Shown here: piece after piece, positions 1 through 11,308 of the stretch
Layout of the letters: each line of letters starts with the position of its first letter
Position numbering within the stretch: position 1 is the stretch's first letter
Assembly (NCBI RefSeq): GCF_023055435.1
Contig: NW_025963890.1
Location: 37,572,001-37,636,000 of the forward strand
DNA length: 64,000 bases
From: Haliotis rufescens
Taxonomy: Eukaryota
Direction: 5' to 3'
The notes under the pieces: model-generated
Told to the model about the DNA's origin: nothing
Seen by the model: only the letters and a program-made list of their open reading frames with translations
Database searches by the model: none
Translations under genes and position numbers: made by a program

Positions 1-819
1 CCATTTCGATAATCATGACATATATATGAAACGTCAACACAGGAGAAAAACCGGTCTCGATTATCGATTATACAATGAAACCAGGATCTGAATCCCAATC
101 GACGATGTTCGTGTGTATAAAGTGGTAAATAAATACATATGCTTACTATTATTCATGTTTAGTTTGAATATGATTTATTAATATAGTATGTCACTGAAAT
201 GTCGACAATCTATACAGTAATAAACCGTTGGTAAATGTTTTACTACTTTTGTTTGGAAGGTGCTTCACTTCCATTTAATATATTTGTGTAATTGTGAAGA
301 AGTGTATTGTGAAGCCTCGTAGACGGAACTGTTTGGAAGTAGATTGCGAAGATACTAGTAGCATATATGAAAGGCATCCAAGGGTGGGACAGAATCTCTG
401 TTTGTGCTGATGGTGTTCCTTGCTTTATCATGTTGGTGCTCGTGGTTATTCAGAAAGTGGTAAACGCCGAAGCCCTGCATCACCTGCTTCCTTCCCACAT
501 AATGCTGACACACTGTGATAGAGCTGAAATATTTTCACAGTGGCGTTAAAACGAAAACACTCGCTCACCCACAAGCAAATACTTTAATCTAGCCAGCAAA
601 TCCAAAGCAACCGATTTGATCACTTTTTTTTATTAGAGTAATGTTTGTAAGCAGGGTTGTGAATGCACAAAATAATTCCCCTCTGTAGATAAACAAAACT
701 GCAGGAAAGTGGCTTCAGCGATAAATTGTAAGTCCCAGACATTTTATTCCAGACTATATATCATATATGCCAGTATACTAGGCATTGAAGATATGTATTA
801 TGCTAAAAAAAGTGTTGAA

Positions 820-1088
820 ATATGATATTTGTAATAAATACACCACTGGGCTAATAATCCCTCCGTATCCAAGATAGTTGTAAGTACTCATTTCGTAATG
901 CTTGGAGTGATATATTTGTAACTGGACTGCAAAGTCAAGATAATTACGTGCAATGTTTCTAAACGTGATTGCCATTACTTGAATGTTTAATTGCTGTTGT
1001 GACTTAATGGACTCTGTGTTAAGGTATGTTTCAACGATTCATGAAGTGTATCATTTGTTACCGATAATGATATTCTCTGGTTATGTCG
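820..1088. repeat. Left arm of ~270-bp inverted repeat (partner 8741-9026)
   Basis: Reverse complement matches 8741-9026, e.g. cactgggctaataatccctccgtatccaagatagttgtaagtactcatttcgtaatgcttggagtg vs its inverse at ~8935-9003. Confidence 0.85.
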
Positions 1089-2149
1089 TGTATGTCGTTA
1101 TGTTGTTTGAAATTGTTGTGGGGAGGCTGACAATTTTAAATATACTTCCGTTTCAACTATTCATACGATTGGAATAATTTTTTATTACGTTTGAATGGAT
1201 AAATCGGAACATTGATGGCTTAAATATTAGTGATAATTCCATATATATACGGTAGCAGTGAACATGTTGACGTCAGTTTATCAATAATTTGTGATATATT
1301 TGGAAATAACTTAAAGTGACGCAAATGTGATCATTTAGGCAAACCCTATCAGACTCATTTACACAGGTAATTCGAAGCAACATATAGCTTTGCACAGCCA
1401 CATCTCTGTCCTTAAAACGATATCCTTCACAAGTTACAGGTCAATATATGAAACATCCAATCGTAAAACACATTTCCAGAACTATTGCTTTTTGGGTACA
1501 ACTAAACTATAAGATTTTGAACCCATTTGCAGTCATTGTTGTTTGTTAAGAGTCAGCCAACTGAAAAATAACAACATACTTGGTCGTCAGACTCAGTAGC
1601 TAGAGTGTGATCGACACGATGGCGTGGATCGATGCTCGCAATGCAAATACAGTCGAACCTCACTGTGTCGAACTCGTGGGGACCTCAAAACATCCGACGA
1701 GTACTTAGAACTCCCACATGAGCTCGACTAAAATATGATCTGCTGATCAATCCCAGAATCGTCCTATTGATTAATTTTGGTTTGTCAGCAAAATAATTGT
1801 GCTCATAGCTAATGGTTTCACTTTGGTACTTTCTCCTTCATGTAGCTGACACGTCGTGACATTATATATTTACAGTCATTGATGCAATGTCATTGTAAAG
1901 CGCTGTTCAACCAAAGACCATATATACTCCATACTGAATATTCTATGAACACACTAAGAGCTGCAAGAAGTAGCTTTGGACGGCAAACAAAAGAGAAGAT
2001 TCCACAGCTAATCGAATATATAAATGCACAAAGGATGTTGTCAGCAACTGTTTGTCAAGGAAATAAAATTGATTCAAATTAATGTCAAGATGACTCTACT
2101 ATTTTTTTACAATAAATCTGCTGTTCATGGATTTATGCTTGTCAGTAAC

Positions 2150-3002
2150 TGTGACAGAAACGTATTTTCAGTAATGAAAAATTAACTACAGTTTTATTAA
2201 TAATAATACCGTAACATATGCAGTATACTCCCGGTGACTCGTAGTTAATTTACCACCTTTACATTCCTTTAAAACGTACCTCTTGGCCGTGGAATGGGGG
2301 AAATGTTTATTTCAAGCTGGGTTCATATCGCATGGTCTGCACGTGGGTGCATTTTAGTTTCAAGTTCCGGTCAGAGCGTCTGATAGGAGCGTTCTGATTG
2401 GGTGAGGGGCGGATTGTTGACCATTCGCGTCTAGGATGGGTGCGGGAAGAGGTCAAGGTCGGTTGGCGCGGTAAATATAAGGGGGCTTGACACCTGGGGT
2501 AGACTGTCTTGCGTTATCGGTTGATAGATACAGGTGAGGTGACCGCACCACTCTTAACTCCGTGACGGAGTTAGTTCCCAGTAGATATGTAAGGGATCTA
2601 TGTCCAAATCTTCTGTAATAAAACATGAGAGGAATTTGGTATAGTTTAGACTCTTTGGGAAACCGGTACGATAGTGGGCGGGGCGGGTGCCATTTTACGG
2701 AAGTGCAGTGCATAGCAGGGATGCAGGATTATCTTAAGAGTGATGTAGGGAAAACTGGCTAGGTAGAAAAGTAGTCAAAACGGGTAATGTTAGGATTTTG
2801 AGGGTGGGGGTTAGGTTTATAATTTGAGTTTCCTTGATTTATTGAATAAACTATATATTTTGTTACTCTGACTTTGTTTATTTATTTTTCTAATCACTCC
2901 TCTACATCCCAAAAGAACTGGGAAATAGGTCGGCTGTAGGTTAAGAATGACGAACACAACGCAAAGCATGAGACATTGTTTGTGACAGCCGTTCCTGTTA
3001 CA
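2150..3002 (+). repeat. 5' LTR (853 bp)
   Basis: Starts TGTGACA, ends TGTTACA; direct repeat of 5953-6759; TATA-like taaatataa ~2472, AATAAA ~2845. Confidence 0.95.
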
Positions 3003-3004
3003 TT

Positions 3005-3023
3005 TGGTGCCGAGACCAGGATT
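3005..3023 (+). promoter_or_regulatory. Primer binding site, probably tRNA-His
   Basis: TGGTGCCGAGACCAGGATT 2 nt after the LTR; differs by one base from the complement of an invertebrate tRNA-His 3' end as recalled (TGGTGCCGTGACCAGGATT). Confidence 0.7.
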
Positions 3024-3075
3024 GTAGATGTGAAGTGATTATTTTTTTTGTAGAGTACATCAGGAGTTTGAATAA

Positions 3076-4255
3076 ATGGAAGCTACTTACGATTTGTCTG
3101 GCCCCTCTGATTTATTAGTACCCTCAGCAATGGAGGACGCTTATTATGACTTACCATCTGTCAGTAGGTTGCCATATACCTCAACACCTTACATGGTTCA
3201 CAACAGGTTACCCAGCCATTATTGATAGATCTTGGGGAGGGAGACCTGGAGCAGGTACATGCTGGTCCTACCGGTACAGGGAAAGTGACATTTCCAAATT
3301 CTGGTGTGGATTACCAGCGGCTGTCAAATCCTGGTGGTAACAGTAGTAGATCTGTTAGGTTTGAGTCATATTAACTACAGGCTGGGCAAGGTCAACCATC
3401 AATGACACAAGTAGGTACAGTAAATATGGGTAGCACATTGGGAACAGCATATTCTTCCCCATATCAGAGTAGGGTTAGGGAACAAAGTTTTTGTCCTAGA
3501 GTGGCAGGATTATATCGTTCATTTTGAGCAAGTAGCCGCATGGAATGGTTGGAATGAGTGTGAAAAAGCTCAGCAAATGTCAATGAGTCTGCGTGGTACA
3601 GCACAAACTTTACTAAGTAATCCCACTTATGGTCAGCTGAGTGATTTCGTAGCAATCAAAAATATTGTGACACAACGGTTCAATCCGAAAGAGAGGAGTG
3701 TAGCATATTGCTGCGAGTTCCGAAATAGGCGTCAGGGCAAGGACGAGTCGGCTTCTGACTATGGGTATCAGCTCCGTAGATTAGCTTTGCTTGCTTATCC
3801 TGAAATTCCATATACTTCTTTTGAGCTTCAAAGTATAGATCAATTTGTTTCGGGTCTAAACAACTTCGAGATGAAGAAAAGGGTAACTTTTAGTCATCCC
3901 CAGACTCTAGAACAGGCTATATCCTAGCTATGCGGTAGTGTATGAAGCATTTGAGGGCAGTAGGTTCAAGAAGCCATTTGATACCTCTAGTAAAACTTGC
4001 GCTGTCAAATCGGAAGAAACAGAAACCCAAGATCAAGCAAACAAAGGGCTTACTTTAGAGGCAATAGCCAAATTGATTGATCAAAAGTTTGAAACATTCA
4101 AGCAAACTATGCTGAAGCGGAAACACAATGATGAAATTAAAAGGGGCGCTTGCTTCTACTGTAAAAAAGTGGGTCATTTTGCTAGGGAGTGTTAAAAACT
4201 GGAGAAAAACAAGGAAAATGCTGAAAAGGGTACGACCACTGGGTAGGGAAACTAA
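3076..4255 (+). pseudogene. gag: Degenerate Gag (capsid-like region plus CCHC zinc knuckle)
   Basis: Fragments LRGTAQ...FRNRRQGKDESASDYGYQLRRLA...DQFVSGL...PQTLEQAI and CFYCKKVGHFAREC; broken by stops and frameshifts. Confidence 0.85.
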
Positions 4256-4342
4256 TTTGGGCTGAGATGACGGCCGACACTTCAGCTGTCTTGTCAGGTT
4301 CAGGAACCAGTAGGCCCAACTGAGAGTAGTGATGTTTTCGAG

Positions 4343-5060
4343 TTGCCTAGTGGTAACAGTGAGGGATCCCCAGGCCGTACTAAGGAAATTGTCTATGTAC
4401 GTAATGTTCAGGGGGATCAAAAGTGCCTTTATGCAAATATTGCGTTGAATGGTGGTCAAAGTTCTATGCTATACAGGTTCTCCCATTTGTCTTTTGTCCA
4501 GTCAGGAATTTGCCACACTCGGTTTTTGTCATGATCTGCTGGTGGAAAGTGAAATAAATCTGGTTACGGCAAATGGTAAGCAGTTGGAAGTCAAGGGTCA
4601 AGCCATGTTTGATTTTGAGGTTGATGGTCTGTGTTTTGGACACAGTTTTGTTGTGGCTGATCTTGACGATCTAACTGGCCTTTTAGGTATGGACTTTTTC
4701 GAGAAATACAATGGGGATATTTTGATAAGCAAAAAGGTTTTGAAAACGGCTAAAGGCAAAATCAGGTTATTCAAACAAACATCCTCTCGTTGTGTTAGAA
4801 TAAGGCTTATAGAGAAGGCAAAAGTTCCCGCACAGTCCGAAATGATTCTGGAGTGTAATGTTGATAGGTTTCCGTTGCTCTTGGAGGAGAGTATAGTTGA
4901 AACCATATGAGGGTAGAAATCAACCGGCTAGTTGGCTGGATGTTACCTAAGAGATTGAGGATGGGGATGGTTTGGACAATTCAGATGATTCAGTGGATGA
5001 GGGGCATGATGTTGTTAAACCAACCACTACTAGGAGTGGTCGTACTGTACGTCCGCGAAT
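4343..5060 (+). pseudogene. pol: Pol remnant: aspartic protease joined directly to the integrase C-terminal tail
   Basis: LCYTGS (degenerate DTGS), LVTANG, GLLGMDFF; from ~4898 LKPYEGRNQPASWL and TTRSGRTVRPR, typical of Gypsy integrase C-termini. Confidence 0.8.
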
Positions 5061-5213
5061 TCTGTACACTGTACACGTAATAAGATCACTGAACAAATGT
5101 CATATTTGACCGATGATGCAAGATCCTGTGGGGGAGTTTAGTGAATTTTCTTAGTTTTTTGTTTGGTAAATTTGTTTGTTTTCTTGATTTTGATATAGGA
5201 AAGATAGACAGCA

Positions 5214-5690
5214 ATGGAAATTAATGTCGATTCAGAGGAACTGAGACAGTTTCAGGACCAGCATGTCCGTGAGGAATTTGCTGCGGGGGAATGTGTTTGC
5301 CCAGTTCCATCCTGTCCAGGGCAAAGTAAGACGTTTAGGACATCTCGTCGACTCCTGGACCACTGGGCGAAGTTTCATAAGGCTACCACCGTCGCACTGT
5401 ATCGCTGCCACACTTGTTTTAAGGTGTTTCAGGTACGGCAGCATGTGAAGGGACATGTGAAAAGTCATCGTCCGCCAGCCCAGTTTGCAACCTCAGAAGG
5501 AAGAAACCGTGATTTCATCGATCCAGGAGATCTTTTGCCTCCACTTCCATCCAGGACCAACCGGCGGGAGGAGCAGCGTTGCAAGGCTCAAGAGGAGCGG
5601 CATCGACGGACAATTATTCAGCCTCTGAGTAGGGAGGAACAGTTCAGGGAGGAGATGGACTATTTGTTTGACGAGGCGTATTCGCCTTGA
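5214..5690 (+). CDS. Extra ORF of the LTR element: 158-aa protein with two C2H2-type zinc fingers
   Basis: Uninterrupted ORF with CPVPSC-x14-H-x4-H and CHTC-x12-H-x3-H; lies between pol end and PPT; preceded by U-rich tract and AG (~5198). Confidence 0.7.
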   Translation: MEINVDSEELRQFQDQHVREEFAAGECVCPVPSCPGQSKTFRTSRRLLDHWAKFHKATTVALYRCHTCFKVFQVRQHVKGHVKSHRPPAQFATSEGRNRDFIDPGDLLPPLPSRTNRREEQRCKAQEERHRRTIIQPLSREEQFREEMDYLFDEAYSP

Positions 5691-5952
5691 TGTGATTCCA
5701 TCCCTGGAATGAAAGAGAGACATTGTGACGGAGACTCAGTTAAGTTCATTTATGTTTCAGGACCTTTTAATACTTTTGTTATTTTGTTTTGTTGTACATC
5801 TCCACAGTATTATTATTATGTATATTTTGGTATGTATATTTTGTTTGATTTTGTAAGTGCTATTTGGGGTTTGTAATAAAGATAGAGAAGTAATTGGGTC
5901 TTTTCATAAGAACAAAGTAACAGGTTGTTACTTTGATTTTAGGGGGGAGGAA

Positions 5953-6759
5953 TGTGACAAAAACGTATTTTCAGTAATGAAAAATTAACTACAGTTTTAT
6001 TAATAATAATACCGTAACATATGCAGTATACTCCCGGTGACTCGTAGTAGAAATGTTTATTTCAAGCTGGGTTCATATCGCATGGTCTGCACGTGGGTGC
6101 ATTTTAGTTTCAAGTTCCGATCAGAGCGTCTGATAGGAGCGTTCTGATTGGGTGAGGGGCGGATTGTTGACCAATCGCGTCTAGGATGGGTGCGGGAAGA
6201 GGTCAAGGTCGGTTGGCGCGGTAAATATAAGGGGGCTTGACACCTGGGGTAGACTGTCTTGCGTTATCGGTTGATCGATACAGGTGAGGTGACCGCACCA
6301 CTCTTAACTCCGTGACGGAGTTAGTTCCCAGTAGATCTGTGAGGGATCAATGTCCAAATCTTCTTTAATAAAATATGAGAGGAATTTGGTTGAGTTAAGA
6401 CTCTTTGGGAAACCGGTACGATAGTGGGCGGGGCGGGTGCCATTTTACGGAAGTGCAGTGCATAGCAGGGATGCAGGATTATCTTAAGAGTGATGTAGGG
6501 CAAACTGGCTAGGTAGAAAAGTAGTCAAAACGGCATGTTGGGTAATGTTAGGATTTTGAGGACGGGGGTTAGGTTTATAATTTGAGTTTTCTTGATTTAT
6601 TGAATAAACTATATATTTTGTTACTCTGACTTTGTTTATTTATTTTTCTAATCACTCCTCTACATTCCAAAAGAACTGGGAAATAGGTCGGCTGTAGGTT
6701 AAAAATGACGAACACAACGCAAAGCATGGACAGTGTTTGTGACAGCCGTTCCTATTACA
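5953..6759 (+). repeat. 3' LTR (807 bp; lacks ~50 bp present in 5' LTR at ~2246-2300)
   Basis: Starts TGTGACA after the polypurine tract, ends TATTACA; about 20 substitutions plus a few indels vs 5' LTR, counted by eye. Confidence 0.95.
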
Positions 6760-7044
6760 AGAAACAAGAAACATGGTATAATTTCCGGTGAACAACTTGC
6801 GTCTTCATTCATGCTACATGCTGGCCTTTTTTGCGAACACCTGGAGTCACGGCTGATTTTAAGTAATCCATTCATATAACTTTCTTCGCTATTTTGCCTC
6901 TTACACCAAATGGAATCTATTTCGGTGGATACTAGTAATCAAGGTTATTTTCTGGAGCTGATGTTTTACATTAAGTATTGAGGATACAAATTGTTTATTT
7001 GGCAACCCATGGGAAACTCATCCAGGAAATAACTGGAACATATA

Positions 7045-8292
7045 TACTACTCAAAAGAAGTTAGGGGTCACACCACTTCGAGAGTATGAAAATGTAAATC
7101 ATTGTGTACACCCAGTGGTTGTATTTTAAGAAATGTTTTGAAAAGAATTGAAGATACGCGAATCAAATTGAAGGATCATGTGCAAATCATGGAGATTGAA
7201 CGAGTTTGTGGGTGCATCAGGTGCTTTGAGAAATGTCAAATGCTAACAAAAACTGACATCCAGTGACGTCGATCACGGCGATCGAACACAACATTTACTC
7301 ATCCTTGCCTCATCATGAATCAATGAAATGCACGTGCATCATGTGCCGTTTTTTGCTTAAATTCCGCGAACGATTCTGTACGAGTCACATGTTTCATCCG
7401 ACTTAAATGTTGAACATGCCGCGACGGGCACCTCTTCTGCAACATCATCGTAGAGCACGTGCAGACTGGTGTAAACGTCACAGACGCTGGACACATCCTG
7501 AATGGCGGAAAGTGCTCTTCACAGACGAATCCCGGTTTGCACTTCAGTTCAACGATGCCAGGATTCGTGTCTATCGTCGTCCTGGGTTTGCCGACGTCAA
7601 CGTCAGACAACGTCACAGATATGGTGGAGGCTCAGTGATAGTGTGGGCTGGAATTTCTGTTCACCACAGGACACCTCTCTACGTCGTTCAGGGTAATCTG
7701 ACAGGAATCCGGTATAGGGACGAGATTATTCAACCCCTTGTTCTTCCTGCACTTCGTCAAATTGGACGTGGCGCCATTTTGCAGGACGACAATGCCAGAC
7801 CTCATCGTGCTCGGGTGGTAGCTGATTTCTTGGCACAAAACGGTGTGCAACTGGTTACGAATGGATTGGCCAGCGTACTCACCAGATTTGGCACCGATTG
7901 AACACGCCTGGGACGAGTTGGGTAGACGTGTGGCAAACAATCAACGTCAACCTGTAAATCTGCAAGAACTGAGAACAAGAGTGACAGGCTATCCCCCAAC
8001 ATTTGTTTCGACGCTTAATTGACAGTATGCGACAACGATGTGTTGCATGCTTAGGCGCAAGGGGCGGTTTTACTCGCTATTGACATGGCATTACTCTCAG
8101 TGACGTGTGTTTTTGACCCCCTGTTATTCACAAGTGGTCGGCCGTTTGTACCGATGTCGCCACTGTTGAATGATTTTGCCGCTCTTGTGCAGCATTGATT
8201 GGCAACTCTTACTGTGTCTTTTATTTACACCAGCATATGAAATCTGAAATTTTACAGACAATAAATTATTTGACCTTTAACTTCTTTTGAGT
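7045..8292 (+). mobile_element. Tc1-family (DD34E) DNA transposon, internally deleted
   Basis: TIRs actcaaaagaagttaggggtca / tgacctttaacttcttttgagt; transposase motifs W..VLFTDESRF, GGGSVIVWAGIS, QDDNARPH and frameshifted [15 protein letters not shown]; N-terminal HTH missing. Confidence 0.92.
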
Positions 8293-8740
8293 CAACTTGT
8301 GTTATGGATGATCACACACAGATTTAACTATATTCACTATTGATTATGAGTAATCAAACCGGTCTTTCAAAGTGATTGGTAATAACGAAATGAAGTATTT
8401 CGATTGATATGAGTTTTAAGGGTGTGTCAATCTTTCCTGAAGAATTTCTCATAAAGCATAGGATTCTGTTGCACAAGTATTGATAATACGTCTAGGAGCA
8501 AACTATTTCTTTAAAATAGTTCAAAAATTAATCAACACAATATTGGTTTCATTTTCTTTTACCACTCAGGATAAATTCCTGGCGGTCATCTTGCTTGTTA
8601 TGCATGTTGCGTTAGATTTTCATTGATAGTGTTGTATTAATAATGTAAATATATGAAAAATGCAGAACATTGTGTACCACCCATACTGTACTATAACACA
8701 CATCTGGTGTTAGATACATTTGTTACCTGTAAGCCACTGC

Positions 8741-9026
8741 CGACATAACGAGAGAATCAACTTATCGGTAACAAATGACACATTTCATGAATTGTTGAAA
8801 CATACCTTAACACAGAGTCCATTGTGGCACAACAGCGATTAAACCTATAAGTAATGGCAATCTCATGTGGAAACATTGCGAATACACGTCAGTTAACGTA
8901 ATGATCTGGATTTTGCAGTCCAGTTACAAATATATCACTCCAAGCATTACGAAATGAGTACTTACAACTATCTTGGATACGGAGAGATTATTAGCCCAGT
9001 GGTGTTTTTATTATAAATACCATATA
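8741..9026. repeat. Right arm of ~270-bp inverted repeat (partner 820-1088)
   Basis: cgacataacgagagaatc...cacagagtccatt...aagtaatggcaatc...ccagtggtg is the reverse complement of 820-1088 with scattered substitutions and a small indel. Confidence 0.85.
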
Positions 9027-9949
9027 CCAAGTCGACTTTCTTGGGGCATGATCGCGGTTCCACAGAGTGTGTAGAGCACGAGTTGCGCAACTTGTAATGA
9101 AAACGTCATACCGATTCAGACCGATGTTCTTATTTTGAATGACTTTCGAGATAGCGACTGCCATAGACGAGGACCTGGCCCATCAGATAAAACAGATCTA
9201 GATAAACACAATAAAAAAATACCACTGCACCTGTCACTACAATAAACGTTCAGTCGTTCGAGTTAAGTTACAATTACAGATACTTGAGTTGATTGAAAAC
9301 TTGGAAAGACTTCGGAAAATATTTGTCTTCAATTAATTGTTCGAATAATGTCAGGGCAAATTCAACACGCTATGGCTCTGGCCTCGATGGCCGGAAGTTA
9401 AGTTTGTAAAACGATCTCTGAATGAACTATCGATATCTGCGATCAGGTAGAAAGTCGTTAGAAATGTCGTCCTCTGGTCTACTAGTGCAATCTCGCGTCG
9501 TGAATCTTTCTTCGTGCTCCAATTTGTCTTGTTTACTAGACGTATAACTCGTATGAGATCATATAGCCGACATGACATGACTTGATGCATATTCGCCTCT
9601 TGGGATCCTCTTGTCTGCTGAAACGAGTTTAAATCTTAAATTGTCCGTTAAAAGCAAATGTTTCTAGCATGGTAATATTGTGTTTATAGATAGTATGTCC
9701 GGCATGTTATCGCATTTTATTGTTTCTTTTGATATATTGCCAGGTTACACCTTGTGAGAAACGACTTTGGTCGAATCAGCACCTGCAAATGTTGTACACG
9801 GCTTGATGTCAACAAAGAACTTGAGTGAACTGGGCAAATTGTTTCGCTGTGACAAGTCAGAAAAATAGACATAATTGTTGTACGTGCAGTGACCAAGTAC
9901 TAGCAGAAAAAGTGCTTCACAAGAGCCACCCATAAGGATATTAGTACAA

Positions 9950-10185
9950 CACTAGGGTTCGAATTAGTTTTCAACAACCCATGCTTGTCGTAAAAGGCGA
10001 CTAACGGGATCGGGTGGTCACGCTGGCTGATTTGGTTGATGCATGTCACGTATCCCAATTGCGTCGATCGATGTTCATTATGTCAATCACTGGATTGTCT
10101 GGCCCAGACTAAATTATTTGCAGACCACCGTCATCTAGCTGGAATATCGGTGAGAGTGACGTTAAGCAACAAACAAACCAAACTA
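9950..10185 (+). mobile_element. SINE-like family D (non-tRNA head with GTCG-loop-CGAC hairpin); other copies on - strand at ~26715-26850, 42745-43010, 48780-49125, 61000-61200
   Basis: Shared core aacccatgcttgtcgtaa.aggcgactaacgggatcgggtggtca...cccaattgcg...ggattgtctgg; ends in gctggaatat...gacgttaa plus (AAAC)n. Confidence 0.75.
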
Positions 10186-11308
10186 GACCTATATGCCACC
10201 GTAATTAGTTGGACAACAGAGTCTACGTGTGGCAGGGAGAGCATTGAAGACGATACCCGTACAAAAGGGTGACCGACTGGCATGGCTTGCCTTCGTCAGA
10301 TACATTTTGACTCGTTCAGCAAAAATATATTTGACACGGACATCTAAAACAGTCTTGACACTTGCCTTACTGAGTTGAACTCTTTGGATATGCTTGATAG
10401 CCACGTCTGATGTCAGAATAAGTAAGTGTGCGTATTGATTCCTTCATGTTTGTGCACAATGAGTATGACAATCGATTTTTGTTCTTCGAAAAGACAAATG
10501 AATCACAAGTTTTGAACAATGCATTTTCTATCTAAATCCTCAGTTTGTTTGCTTCTTCAAAGTCAAACATTGCAGCAGTTTGAATGCGACTGAATGCCTC
10601 ACGTGCACTATTTGAACTGTGATTGTATGTGCAAGGATCAACCTTAATTTGGATAGTCGAACAAGTGTTAGTTCTTTGGACAATGGCCTTTAACACTATG
10701 CGCTAAATGAGTTTGTGAACAATTCAACCCTTCATTACCTGTGCTAGGTAAACCACTTTATAACTCAACAGGTCACATGTGTGCATTTTCAGGCGTTTGT
10801 TTGGTTCGATTTTCTTCTCAGTTAAACTTATCTACACGTAAACAGAGAAAATGTGTGCTTCTTTAAAATACCGTTTACAACAATAAATAAAAACTGGTAA
10901 TAAAATACCCATAGCTTACGGTATAAAAGGAGACATTTATTAAAATACAATGTGGGAAGGAGGAGATGGGTTGGTTTTGTAGCTAAAATTCCACTCGTCA
11001 CGCTGAAGCAGTCGCTCACTTTATTGATGTCAAAGTCCAAAATACCTGTAAGCGTTTAAAGGATGGTATTTACGTCACGATGAGTGATGTTAAAACAAAC
11101 ATCCTGAATAATTTACTCACGTTAAATGTTCGCCGCCTGGAAGGTTTCATAAACGGGACGGTTCCATCGGTCGTATTAGTAATTGATGTGCCTGGTGAAA
11201 GTGACTAGACGTGAACAAGAAGAGATTCATCTTGTCCCTTTTATTTACATAGTTCTGTTCAACACGTACACTCCTGGACAATTCACGGCAACTGTTGATG
11301 TTGGAAAC

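Larger units (their letters stand above)
2150..6759 (+). mobile_element. Ty3/Gypsy-type LTR retrotransposon, non-autonomous (RT, RNase H and most of integrase deleted)
   Basis: Paired TG...CA LTRs (2150-3002, 5953-6759), PBS right after 5' LTR, PPT agggggga ggaa before 3' LTR, degenerate gag with CCHC knuckle, aspartic protease, integrase C-tail; flanks agtaac/agaaac may be a 6-bp TSD with 1 mismatch. Confidence 0.95.

Noticed and set aside
9740-10700. Coding-looking fragments around the family D SINE
   Set aside because: Multiple stops and no motif I could recognise; needs a translated search
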